This document shows positions 47,648 to 57,385 of a stretch of 64,000 bases of DNA, one piece after another. The stretch spans positions 172,296 through 236,295 of the forward strand of contig SVHM01000002.1 in NCBI GenBank assembly GCA_015055815.1, written 5' to 3'. Made by a program: the position numbers and the translations under genes. Within the stretch, counting starts at the first letter, position 1; the number at the start of each line of letters is the position of its first letter. Under the pieces are notes generated by a model. The model was not told the DNA's origin. It did not search any database and saw only the letters and a program-made list of their open reading frames with translations. This DNA comes from Clostridiales bacterium. GTDB taxonomy: Bacteria > Bacillota > Clostridia > Christensenellales > UBA1242.

Positions 47648-48988
47648 ATGCAATTACCCGAAAGCTTTATTTTAAAAATGCAAGATTTATTAGGAGACGA
47701 GTTTCCTTCTTTTTTGCGTAGTCTTGAAGAACCTTCGCAAAAAGGTTTAACCGTCAATTTCTCTAAAATCTCAAAAAACAACTTCGAAAAAATAGCAGAT
47801 TTTAAATTATCTCCCGTACCACTTGTAAACAACGGCTACTTTGTAGAGAATTTTAAATTTGGGGAACATATTCTTAATCATTTGGGCATAATTTACTCTC
47901 AAGAGCCAAGCGCCATGTACCCCGTTGAATTATTAGACATAGAAAAAGGTGATTTTGTCCTTGATTTGTGCGCATCGCCCGGTGGCAAATCTATTCAAAT
48001 ACTTGAAAAACTCGACGGGACTGGATTTTTACTAAGCAATGAAATTGTTTACAGCAGAGCAAAATTACTTTATGAAAATCTAAATAAAATGGGTTTTAAA
48101 AACTTTGCAATTTCATGCAACTCACCTAAAGACTTTGAAAATATCAACATTAAATTTGATAAAATTATAGTTGACGCACCTTGTGGCGGAGAAGGAATGA
48201 TTAGAAAAAACAACTTTGATATGAGTTCGTACAAACAAAGCAATATTGAAACTAACGCAAAAAGGCAATTGGAAATTTTAAATTCAATAAAACACCTTTT
48301 AAAAGACGGTGGAAAAATTGTCTACTCAACTTGCACATATGACAGAAGAGAAAATGAAGGAGTAATTGAAAATTTCCTAGAGAATAATTTAGACTTTGAA
48401 ATTATTGGAAACAAAGATTTTGAAAAAATTGCAAGTACAGGTATAAGCGACAACAAAGAAATCGCACAATCTTCATATAGAAGATACCCACATAAACACA
48501 AAGGCGAAGGTCAATTTATGATACTAATGCAAAAATTAGGAAATGAAGAGATTGAAAACACTAACCGACTTCCCAATACCTTTTCAATATTATATAGAAA
48601 TTCGCTCAAAGATTTTGAAAGAAACTTTACATCAATTGCAAATATAAAAGATTTAAATATTGCCAAAAGAAACAATTCGTACTTTGCACTACCCGAAAAT
48701 TATCCAAACTTGGAAAAGTTAAATATACTAACTATTGGCTGTTTAATCGGCACACAAGAAAAAACTTTTAAAATCAGTCATCAGTTCTACAGAACTTATA
48801 GTAGACTATTTTTAAACAAAGTCGACCTTGATTTAGAAAATGCTATAAAATACTTAAAAGGTGAAGAATTAGATAGCGATAGAAAAAACGGAATAGTTGT
48901 AGTTACCCACAAAAACATCCCACTTGGCGGTGGCAAAATCGCAAACGAAAAACTAAAAAATTATTACCCAAAAGAATTAAGAATTTAA
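47648..48988 (+). CDS. NOL1/NOP2/Sun-family rRNA m5C methyltransferase (RsmB/RsmF-like)
   Basis: DLCASPGGKS, DAPCGGEGMIRK, VYSTCT motifs. TGTTATAAT extended -10 upstream. Confidence 0.85.
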   Translation: MQLPESFILKMQDLLGDEFPSFLRSLEEPSQKGLTVNFSKISKNNFEKIADFKLSPVPLVNNGYFVENFKFGEHILNHLGIIYSQEPSAMYPVELLDIEKGDFVLDLCASPGGKSIQILEKLDGTGFLLSNEIVYSRAKLLYENLNKMGFKNFAISCNSPKDFENINIKFDKIIVDAPCGGEGMIRKNNFDMSSYKQSNIETNAKRQLEILNSIKHLLKDGGKIVYSTCTYDRRENEGVIENFLENNLDFEIIGNKDFEKIASTGISDNKEIAQSSYRRYPHKHKGEGQFMILMQKLGNEEIENTNRLPNTFSILYRNSLKDFERNFTSIANIKDLNIAKRNNSYFALPENYPNLEKLNILTIGCLIGTQEKTFKISHQFYRTYSRLFLNKVDLDLENAIKYLKGEELDSDRKNGIVVVTHKNIPLGGGKIANEKLKNYYPKELRI

Positions 48989-49001
48989 AGGAATACAAAA
49001 A

Positions 49002-49940
49002 ATGAAAACATTAATACTTACACACAAAGCAGATATAGACGGACTAAGTCCAATAATATTTTTGAAAATTTTAAGAAAAGATGTAGACTATATACTTCTA
49101 AACGCAAATGAAATAAACAATAAAATTGCAGAAGTTATAAATTCACAACTATACAAAAAATATGATGAAATATATGTGACAGATTTAACGCTTGACAAAA
49201 AATCATGCGAACTTATAATGTCAACAAACGAACACCATAAGTTTCACACATTCGACCATCATATATCAAACTTAATCTCTAACGAATATCCATTTGGTCA
49301 AGCAATATCTACAAATTCAGATGGAGTAAAAGAATGTGCAACTTCATTATTTTATAAATATCTAAAAAATTTATATCCAGAAACTTTTGATAAAGAAATT
49401 TTTGAAAGTTATTCAGAATTGGTACGACTAAACGATACATGGGACTGGGCAATAGATAACAACCTATTTGCCAAAAAACTAAACGACCTACATGCTATTT
49501 ATGGTAGAGACAAATACATTGAAAACTATGTAGACTTTTTACAAAAAGAAAATAAATTTCACTATACAGACAAAGAAGAGTTTTTACTAGAAATAGAAAA
49601 CGATAGAATAAAAAGGTACTTAGAAGAAAGTGAAAAGACAATGTTCCATGCAACACTTTGCGGGAAAAAATGTGGTATAGTTTTTGCCGAACAAAACAGA
49701 AGCTTACTTGGAAATTATTTAGCAGAAAAATACAGTTATCTTATCGACTTTGTTGTGATAATTAATATGCAACAAGGCATATCTTTTAGATGCTCAAAAG
49801 ATAACGTTGACGTATCAGAAATAGCAACCATTTATGGTGGGGGGGGACACGCAAAAGCGTCAGGCTCACCAATGGACAATTCACTTAAAAGAGAAGTAAT
49901 AAAATTAATATTTAAAGATTACGCAATGTTTGACATTTAA
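49002..49940 (+). CDS. DHH/DHHA1-family phosphoesterase
   Basis: HKADIDGLS, TFDHH, GGGGHAKASG motifs. Confidence 0.7.
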   Translation: MKTLILTHKADIDGLSPIIFLKILRKDVDYILLNANEINNKIAEVINSQLYKKYDEIYVTDLTLDKKSCELIMSTNEHHKFHTFDHHISNLISNEYPFGQAISTNSDGVKECATSLFYKYLKNLYPETFDKEIFESYSELVRLNDTWDWAIDNNLFAKKLNDLHAIYGRDKYIENYVDFLQKENKFHYTDKEEFLLEIENDRIKRYLEESEKTMFHATLCGKKCGIVFAEQNRSLLGNYLAEKYSYLIDFVVIINMQQGISFRCSKDNVDVSEIATIYGGGGHAKASGSPMDNSLKREVIKLIFKDYAMFDI

Positions 49941-50009
49941 TTCATTTTATGACAATAAGTTATCACATAATGACACAATGTTTATTATTAAAGTCAATAA
50001 GGAGATGTT

Positions 50010-50720
50010 ATGAATATTAAGAAATACAGCAAGGAAGATAATTATTCTTTTACATTTGGCGGATTTCCAACATATGAACTACTTAAACAAAAAACAGAAA
50101 AAGTGAGAGAAATAATTATCCACGAAAAACTCACTGAGAATACGGAAAGTAAGAAGATTTTAGAACTTGCAAAGAAGAATAGAATTCCAATCACAACCAA
50201 CGGAAAATTAATCGAAAAATTATCAGGCAAAGGTAACGTATTTATAGTTGGAGTTTTTGAAAAATATTCTCAAAAAATCAACCACGAAAAAAATCAAATT
50301 CTTCTTGTTAATCCAAGCGACATGGGAAACTTAGGAACAATCATTAGAGTAGCGTTAGGCTTTGGTTATGATAATATCGCAATTATTAAACCATGCATAG
50401 ATATATTCGACCCTAAAGTTATTCGAGCAAGCATGGGTGCAATATTTAATATTAATATAGAGATGTACAATTCATTGGACGACTATCTCAAAGTTAACAA
50501 AAATCACAAATATCCATTTATGCTACAAGCCAAACAAACTCTACAAAATCTAATCACCAAGCACATTCCACATACATTAATTTTTGGGAATGAAAGCTCT
50601 GGACTTGATAGTAATTATTTAAACATAGGCACACCACTTATAATAAAACATTCCAACCTTATAGATAGTTTAAACTTATCCATGTCTGTAGGAATTGCAT
50701 TGTATGAATTTACAAAATAA
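50010..50720 (+). CDS. TrmH/SpoU-family RNA 2'-O-methyltransferase
   Basis: SPOUT motifs NPSDMGNLGTIIRVALGFG, LIFGNESSGL, SLNLSMSVGIALYE. Confidence 0.85.
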   Translation: MNIKKYSKEDNYSFTFGGFPTYELLKQKTEKVREIIIHEKLTENTESKKILELAKKNRIPITTNGKLIEKLSGKGNVFIVGVFEKYSQKINHEKNQILLVNPSDMGNLGTIIRVALGFGYDNIAIIKPCIDIFDPKVIRASMGAIFNINIEMYNSLDDYLKVNKNHKYPFMLQAKQTLQNLITKHIPHTLIFGNESSGLDSNYLNIGTPLIIKHSNLIDSLNLSMSVGIALYEFTK

Positions 50721-50757
50721 AAGAGACAAAAATTAAATTTTGTCTCTTTTATTTTTT
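50721..50757. terminator. bidirectional intrinsic terminator
   Basis: AAGAGACAAAA-attaaa-TTTTGTCTCTT followed by a T-run. Confidence 0.7.
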
Positions 50758-50764
50758 TATAACT

Positions 50765-51703
50765 TTATTTTTGTTTAAGTTTAATTCTCAAATCTTCACC
50801 TTTGAAATTTATCTTTAAACTTTGCAACTTATGCATAAGCCTTGAAAAAATTCTCTCACCATAAACTTCTTGTATCTGCCCCAAATCAAGATTTGTAGTT
50901 ATAACTGTTTTTTTCTTTTTTTGCATTCTTTCATTTATTACAAGATACAAATATTCATTAGTTACATTATTAATTTTGTTTTCACTTCCCAAATCGTCTA
51001 TATATAAAATATCTGCATCCAAATAAGGCTCTAATATATATTCTTTTTCTTCAAGTTTCCCAACATGATACTTTAACATTTCTTGATTAAAATTAAACGC
51101 AGTTGCATACTTTACCTTTAAACTTTTTTCTAAAGAATATGATACCATGCAATTTATTAAATGTGTTTTACCAACACCCGTATCCCCAACAATTAAAACT
51201 ATATCATAAGGAGACATTGTCACTTCATCAATATAAGTTTTCATCTTAGAATAAATACCAGCAACAACCTTAGGATTAGAAAACATAGAATAATCATCAT
51301 TAAACTTTGGAAGTTCTTCAATATTCAGTCCTGACAACTTTATCAACTCTTTGCTGTATTCTCTTTTTAAACACTCGCATTCTTTAAGACCTATGTACCC
51401 TGTATCTTTACAAATATCGCATGAATAATTGGGTTTAAGGGTAGACTTGTCTACACCCATTTCCTTAAGGTATTGAGCTATCAACTCTCTACCCTTATTA
51501 TATTCATCTCTTTTTTCTTTTGAACTTCTTCCAGCGATATCTAGTTTAGCAATTTCAACAACAAGCTCTTTGCATTTAACAAATAAAATTTTAACCCTTT
51601 CATCTTGTAAAACCTTATTCAAATTTTCATCAGCAATTCTCTCTGCATTAAGTTTTCTTTTTAAAATATTTTTTACAGCTACATCTTTTACATTCATATC
51701 CAA
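50765..51703 (-). CDS. DnaI/DnaC-like helicase loader ATPase
   Basis: Walker A GDTGVGKTHL, Walker B LYIDDLG. N-terminal Cys cluster CDICKDTGY..CEC. Downstream of the DnaB(Bsu)/DnaD-domain gene. Confidence 0.8.
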   Translation of the reverse strand: MDMNVKDVAVKNILKRKLNAERIADENLNKVLQDERVKILFVKCKELVVEIAKLDIAGRSSKEKRDEYNKGRELIAQYLKEMGVDKSTLKPNYSCDICKDTGYIGLKECECLKREYSKELIKLSGLNIEELPKFNDDYSMFSNPKVVAGIYSKMKTYIDEVTMSPYDIVLIVGDTGVGKTHLINCMVSYSLEKSLKVKYATAFNFNQEMLKYHVGKLEEKEYILEPYLDADILYIDDLGSENKINNVTNEYLYLVINERMQKKKKTVITTNLDLGQIQEVYGERIFSRLMHKLQSLKINFKGEDLRIKLKQK

Positions 51704-51709
51704 TAACCT

Positions 51710-53158
51710 TTATATTTCTACTTCTTCAATATTATCAAACAAACTATCCAATTCTTTCTTTGAATACTCTCTCTTTTTAGCTTCTTTGCCAGAAGTTTTA
51801 GAAGAGTTATTAAGAGTGTTATTTACAAAAGTAAATTTATGCTTTTTTACATCATCCAAAGTCTTTAAATTATGCGTATGACATTCAGATAAAATTTTAT
51901 TTAAATATTGCATTGGTAGGTATTTTCCATCACACATTGAACAAGCAAATTTTAAAACTTCTTCCGACATACCCCACGTTTCAGTCCACGTCTTGAACAA
52001 ACTTCTATCAACACTATTAACTTCTCTTAATATACCCAAACATTCAAGTATTTGCTTAATAATACCATCGTTTCTGACAATATCTGCAATATAATTGTCA
52101 ATATCGCCACTTGTAATAATTCCCTGCTTAAACATAGTATTCACAATCTTATTAAAGCCTTCAAGCGTTCTCACTGAAGCTCTAAACGAATAATCACCAA
52201 GTTTTAATAGAGCATCTTCATCAAATCCAAGTTGCAACCAAGATGTAATATAAGTGTCAACAACCATCGACAAATCATCATACCAAAGCCCAAGTTTTTT
52301 CACTAATTTTTTGGCCACCCCAAACATCTTTTCGACACTAGCAAAATAATCATCAATTTCTTTAATACTCTCAAGCCTTAACGAGTAACATTTCATAATT
52401 AAATCTTCTAATTTCTTAAAGGTTTTTACCTTTTGAGATTTTGCAACATGCGTGATAATTTCTAATGACATTTCTAAATCTTTAATAAGGCGAATATACA
52501 TCTGATACTCTTCAATAGTGGCCGACCTTTTTAGCCCCATTGCCTTCATCACCAAAACAACATCACCTGAAATTCTTTCTTGAGTTTCTAATCTTTCATC
52601 AACATCTTCACTTGTAAGCACGCCTTCATGCGCCCAGTTTTTCGCTACAGCAACAACATAACTAACCGCTATGTTTTCACCTTTAAACTTAACGCAGTAA
52701 TCTATAATTTTTAGCAATGCCTCTTTTTCCATTTTTAAGTTTTCAATTATATAATAAAACTCTTCAAACTCTCTAGGTGTTAGCATTTTACTTCCCATTA
52801 TTTCTTGCGCAGAAATATTAAATGCAGTATACTTATCAACATTGTATTTTTTCATTTTCTGAAGGGCGTTTTTCATAGGTAAATATTTAACCTGTATTGG
52901 CTCAACATTAATTACTTGAACAAGTCCCAATTCTTGCCAATAGTAAAAAATACTAACAATATCATCAGCAGAAAGTCCTAGTGCTTTTTCAAACTGCTCT
53001 AAAGTATTATCCCTACCCGACGAACATTTATAAAGCCCATATAAATACACCTTAACGCAATTTTCACTTGCATTGGGCATAAAATCACTTATGAAAATAT
53101 TATCAATTGTTGTTACATTTTTTGAAACTACTTCAGTTGAAAATTCACAAAAAGCCAT
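51710..53158 (-). CDS. replication initiation/membrane attachment protein (B. subtilis DnaB-type, DnaD-like domains)
   Basis: Repeated DnaB_2/DnaD-like segments (LTPREFEEFYYI...YVVAVAKNWAHEGVLTSEDV). Synteny with dnaI. Confidence 0.7.
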   Translation of the reverse strand: MAFCEFSTEVVSKNVTTIDNIFISDFMPNASENCVKVYLYGLYKCSSGRDNTLEQFEKALGLSADDIVSIFYYWQELGLVQVINVEPIQVKYLPMKNALQKMKKYNVDKYTAFNISAQEIMGSKMLTPREFEEFYYIIENLKMEKEALLKIIDYCVKFKGENIAVSYVVAVAKNWAHEGVLTSEDVDERLETQERISGDVVLVMKAMGLKRSATIEEYQMYIRLIKDLEMSLEIITHVAKSQKVKTFKKLEDLIMKCYSLRLESIKEIDDYFASVEKMFGVAKKLVKKLGLWYDDLSMVVDTYITSWLQLGFDEDALLKLGDYSFRASVRTLEGFNKIVNTMFKQGIITSGDIDNYIADIVRNDGIIKQILECLGILREVNSVDRSLFKTWTETWGMSEEVLKFACSMCDGKYLPMQYLNKILSECHTHNLKTLDDVKKHKFTFVNNTLNNSSKTSGKEAKKREYSKKELDSLFDNIEEVEI

Positions 53159-53419
53159 TATTTTTCTCCTATAACATTACAAATACTATATCACAAAACG
53201 CATTCTCTTTCAATAAAAAAATATAATTTGATAAAATAGATGTTTTATACACATTTAACCCACATTTTATATGTGGAAATGATTGCTTTTATTTGGCTAT
53301 ATATATTTATAACTTTATGAAATAAATTTAAATTATATATATATAACATTTTGCTATTTTAAAAAATTATGATAGAATATTATAGAAAAATGTTTAATGA
53401 AAAATGGAGAATATAACAA

Positions 53420-54652
53420 ATGAGAATTTTGCATACTGGCGACTGGCATATAGGCGCAAAAACTGACGACCTAGATAGACTAGCCGAGCAAAAAGAAGCA
53501 CTAAAACAAATAGTTGACATTTCAAAAAAATACGAAGTTGACATGGTTATTATTGCTGGAGATATCTACAGCAGTCTTGTTCCAAGTGCAGAAGACGAAG
53601 AAGTATTCTACAAAACTATTGTAGATTTGTCACGTAATGGAGACTGCGCAGTTGTAGCGATTGCAGGTAACCACGACGACCCAAGAAGACTTAGTAATCC
53701 AAATATCTTTACAGATAAGTTTGGTATTTTTCTTGTGGGATATATTGACGACATCAAAATTAACAATAAAAACACCGATACCAATATTTATGCCACTAAA
53801 TGCGGTAAAGGATTTATTGAATTCCACACAAAGAAAGGTGAAGATTGTGTTCTTGCCCTTCTTCCTTTCCCATCTTATTATAGATATAGGGAATTAAAGA
53901 AAGAAGGCGAGAAGTTTAACGACAAAGTTAAATCTTGGTTAGAAGCTGGTGCAAGTGCTTTCAGAGACGATACAATCAATATCAATGTTGCCCATGCTAT
54001 GAGTTATGGAGTTGACCTTGACCCTGAAGAATTTCAATCTTACACAACACTAAGCACTACGTTCAACTATGTTGACCAGAAAATTTTCCACAACAAAGCC
54101 CACTATACTGCATTGGGACATATTCACCGTACAATTACAGTTAACAAAGATAAAAACATTTATTATTCAGGCTCTCTTATTAACCAATTCTTTGATGATA
54201 GTTCTGAAACAAATGTATTGATTGTTGATTTAGATAAAAATGGCGTTCAAAACATTATTAAACACCCACTTAATGTTAAACTTTTAAAAAGGTTTATGGT
54301 TAATTCTGTTGCACAAGCACACAAAGTTTTGAAAGATAATCCAGACGACCTTGTAAAAGTTATTATTCAGGATGTAGATAATGTCGATGACGAAGTTGAC
54401 AACACAACCTATACTCCATACATTACAACCAATGACCTTAAGAAACTTAGAAAAGAACATCCAAACTTGGTAACATTATCAGTAATTACAAACCAAGCAA
54501 AACAAACATCAAATATTGTTAGCAAAAAAGATTTAACCAACTCAGAAATATTTGATAATTTCATAAAACACAGACTAGGAACAGAACCCGACCCAGAAGT
54601 TAAAGAACTATTCTTAAGTCTAATGTCGGAGGGATTATATGAAGCCGATTAA
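53420..54652 (+). CDS. sbcD: SbcD/Mre11-family nuclease
   Basis: Phosphoesterase motifs GDWHIG, AGDIYSS, GNHDDP, VAHAM, GHIHRT. Confidence 0.85.
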   Translation: MRILHTGDWHIGAKTDDLDRLAEQKEALKQIVDISKKYEVDMVIIAGDIYSSLVPSAEDEEVFYKTIVDLSRNGDCAVVAIAGNHDDPRRLSNPNIFTDKFGIFLVGYIDDIKINNKNTDTNIYATKCGKGFIEFHTKKGEDCVLALLPFPSYYRYRELKKEGEKFNDKVKSWLEAGASAFRDDTININVAHAMSYGVDLDPEEFQSYTTLSTTFNYVDQKIFHNKAHYTALGHIHRTITVNKDKNIYYSGSLINQFFDDSSETNVLIVDLDKNGVQNIIKHPLNVKLLKRFMVNSVAQAHKVLKDNPDDLVKVIIQDVDNVDDEVDNTTYTPYITTNDLKKLRKEHPNLVTLSVITNQAKQTSNIVSKKDLTNSEIFDNFIKHRLGTEPDPEVKELFLSLMSEGLYEAD

Positions 54653-57347
54653 ACTAAAAATAAAGGGAATAAATAGCTACGTAAACGAACAAGTAATAGA
54701 CTTTAAAAAGTTATCAGAAAATGGTGTTTTTGGAATATTTGGCGAAACAGGAAGCGGAAAAACAACAATTCTTGATAGCATAATATTATCTATTTACGGA
54801 GTAAGCGATAGAGACAATCTTCAAAATATTATTAACGTTCATACAAAAGATGCATATGTTGAATTTACTTTTGAAATGGACGATACTTCTAGTAAGCCTA
54901 GAAGATATCTAGTTAGAAGAGACTTTAAACTTCGCCCAAGCGGACTTAAAACAGAAGCATACTTAAACGACTTAAAGAGCAAGAAAACTATTGCTGACAT
55001 GCCTGACGCAGTTAATAATAAATTACTTGAAATTGTTGGGGTTGGCAAAAAAGAATTTACTAAATGTATCGCACTTCCACAAAATGAATTTGATAAATTT
55101 CTTGCCGACACCCCATCAATCAGGAAGAAAACTTTGGCTAAACTTTTCGACCTAGAACAATTCGGTATTATACTTAACGAAAAATTAAAAAAGAGAAAAG
55201 AAATTACTCGCCTTGAAAAATCTACTTTAGAAGAAAAAGTGGCTGTTTATCAAGGAGTGAACAAAGAAACAATTATAAAAACTGAAGAAATTCTTAATAA
55301 AAGCGATATTGAACTTAAAAAATTAACTAGTCAAATAAGTAGAGATAAAAAACTAGCCGAAAAAATTAAAGCTGAGCTTGAAGTAAAACAAGAACTTCTT
55401 GATTTGGAAGTTTCATTAAGTATTAAACAAAGTGAACTAACTGATATCAATTTTATCGAAAAACAAATTGATTATACAGAAAAGTACGGCGATTTTACAA
55501 TCTTAAACAACAAACACAACACCTATATTGATGAATTAGAAAAATTAAATATTTCCATTGAAGATACCAAAAACTTCATGGCTTCATACAACGAAGAATT
55601 GAAAAAATTAGAAATAATTATTGAACATCAAAAAGAAAAAATTGCCGATATTGAAAAGAATATCAACGACATAAAAGTTGAGCATGAAAAGAAAAAACTT
55701 CATGAAGAAAAATTAGAACAATTAACAAAAGAAAGAACTATTGTTAATAATAAACTTATTGATTTATCTTCTAAAGTTGTTGAAACCAATACTCTTCTTA
55801 AAAATTACAAGGCAACAATTTTAGACCTTGAAAATACAAAAAATAAAGTAATTAAAACAATTGAAGATAATGACGAAACAATAGACAGGCTTGGCAACTG
55901 CCAAACATTCAAAACAAAACAAGACTTTGCGCTATTCTTAACCTTGACAAAAAACAAAATTAATCCAGAAAGCCTTGCTGAAGTTGAAAATTTCAATATT
56001 TATGATGAAGCATCAACAGTAATTCATGATATTGAAAATTATGAAATTGGCATAAGAAAAGAAATTGGCGACATCATGAGAGAACTTCATACTCTCGAAA
56101 TTGATAGCGATAATATTGACACAATCAAAGAAGATTTTATTGCTCAAAACGAACAACTTCAAGATAAGTTAAAAGAATTAAACACTAAAATTACAAATGC
56201 GAAAGAAAATTACGCAACCGCCAAAGCAATTATTGACACAAATCAAGATAAAGTTCATGAGTGTAATGAAGAATTAGAAAAAATCAAAAAACAAATAAAT
56301 GAAGAAAAAGAAATAATCAAGTCTATACTTCCAAATAAAGACTATAATTATTTAAACAAAACCCTTCTTGATTACAACAATGAACTTGCTGAACTTGGTA
56401 AAAAATTAAATGAATTGAATGAGAGAAAACAAAAATCTCTTATCGATATGGAAATCACAACTAACAATATCGAAAATTATAAAGAAAAATTAACACAAGT
56501 TCAGATAGCATTGAAACCTTATAACAAAACAACATTTAAAGATAGAGCAGACCAATCTCTTCTTTTAGACTATGAAGAAATTCCAGAACTAAAAGAAAAA
56601 GTTGAAGCTTTCCACAAAGAACTTAATGTTCTTGAAAGTAATACTGCAAAACTTAGAGAAAAGACAAAAGACTATATATATACAAAAGATGATTATAATA
56701 GTTTAATTGATACTTTAAATGAAAATGAAGAAAAATTAACCGAATTAAAAGTATTTATAAATGTTAATAAAATAACCATTGATATTCAAAAACAAAATCT
56801 AAAAACAGTTGAAGTACTTCAAGAAAAATTGGATGCAATAAACAAGCAATACGACACCATCGAGAAACTTGAAAATTTACTTGCAAACGGAGCTCTTATT
56901 GATTTCGTTTCTGAAGAATACATGGGACTTATTACAGATTTTGCCAATAGTTATGTTTACAAAATTTCAAAAGGTAAATATTTATTAAATTACGACGGAG
57001 ACTTTAATGTTATAGATAACTTTAATGGTGGCATTAAACGTTCGGTAAAAACACTAAGCGGTGGTGAAAGATTTATTGTTTCTCTATCCTTAGCATTAGG
57101 CATTTCTCAAAGCATTGCCGTAAACAACAACAAGAACTTCAACTTCTTCTTTATAGATGAAGGTTTTGGAAACTTAAGCGAAAACTATATCGAAAAAGTT
57201 TTACAAAGTTTTGATGCGCTTGTTAAATTAAACTTTACTGTTGGATTTATTACCCATGTAGAGAAAATGCAATACTATTTAACAAGCAGAATAACGGTTA
57301 AAAAAGAGAGTAATGACGAAGGTTCAAACATCACTCAATATTATTAA
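54639..57347 (+). CDS. sbcC: SbcC/Rad50-like SMC ATPase (902 aa) without a CxxC zinc hook
   Basis: Walker A GETGSGKTT, signature LSGGERF, Walker B FFFIDEGFG, long coiled coil. Overlaps sbcD by 14 nt. Confidence 0.8.
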   Translation: MKPIKLKIKGINSYVNEQVIDFKKLSENGVFGIFGETGSGKTTILDSIILSIYGVSDRDNLQNIINVHTKDAYVEFTFEMDDTSSKPRRYLVRRDFKLRPSGLKTEAYLNDLKSKKTIADMPDAVNNKLLEIVGVGKKEFTKCIALPQNEFDKFLADTPSIRKKTLAKLFDLEQFGIILNEKLKKRKEITRLEKSTLEEKVAVYQGVNKETIIKTEEILNKSDIELKKLTSQISRDKKLAEKIKAELEVKQELLDLEVSLSIKQSELTDINFIEKQIDYTEKYGDFTILNNKHNTYIDELEKLNISIEDTKNFMASYNEELKKLEIIIEHQKEKIADIEKNINDIKVEHEKKKLHEEKLEQLTKERTIVNNKLIDLSSKVVETNTLLKNYKATILDLENTKNKVIKTIEDNDETIDRLGNCQTFKTKQDFALFLTLTKNKINPESLAEVENFNIYDEASTVIHDIENYEIGIRKEIGDIMRELHTLEIDSDNIDTIKEDFIAQNEQLQDKLKELNTKITNAKENYATAKAIIDTNQDKVHECNEELEKIKKQINEEKEIIKSILPNKDYNYLNKTLLDYNNELAELGKKLNELNERKQKSLIDMEITTNNIENYKEKLTQVQIALKPYNKTTFKDRADQSLLLDYEEIPELKEKVEAFHKELNVLESNTAKLREKTKDYIYTKDDYNSLIDTLNENEEKLTELKVFINVNKITIDIQKQNLKTVEVLQEKLDAINKQYDTIEKLENLLANGALIDFVSEEYMGLITDFANSYVYKISKGKYLLNYDGDFNVIDNFNGGIKRSVKTLSGGERFIVSLSLALGISQSIAVNNNKNFNFFFIDEGFGNLSENYIEKVLQSFDALVKLNFTVGFITHVEKMQYYLTSRITVKKESNDEGSNITQYY

Positions 57348-57353
57348 AATATT

Positions 57354-57385
57354 AAAAAAGAGTACAAAATTGTACTCTTTTTTTA
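57354..57385. terminator. bidirectional intrinsic terminator
   Basis: AAGAGTAC-aaaatt-GTACTCTT flanked by A- and T-runs. Confidence 0.7.

Noticed and set aside
53159-53419. AT-rich 260-bp intergenic region next to dnaB/dnaI-like genes, as a chromosomal origin (oriC)
   Set aside because: It has only one perfect and two poor DnaA boxes, with no dnaA/dnaN/rpmH neighbourhood. These replication genes are not origin markers in Firmicutes. I kept only the low-interest regulatory interpretation.
53420-57347. SbcD/SbcC-like pair as a Lamassu/Wadjet/Gabija-type defence module
   Set aside because: The Mre11 phosphoesterase motif set is complete, the two-gene overlap is typical, and the context is housekeeping (replication genes, spoIIE). 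All of this fits ordinary sbcCD, and there is no third effector gene. Only the missing zinc hook is reported.
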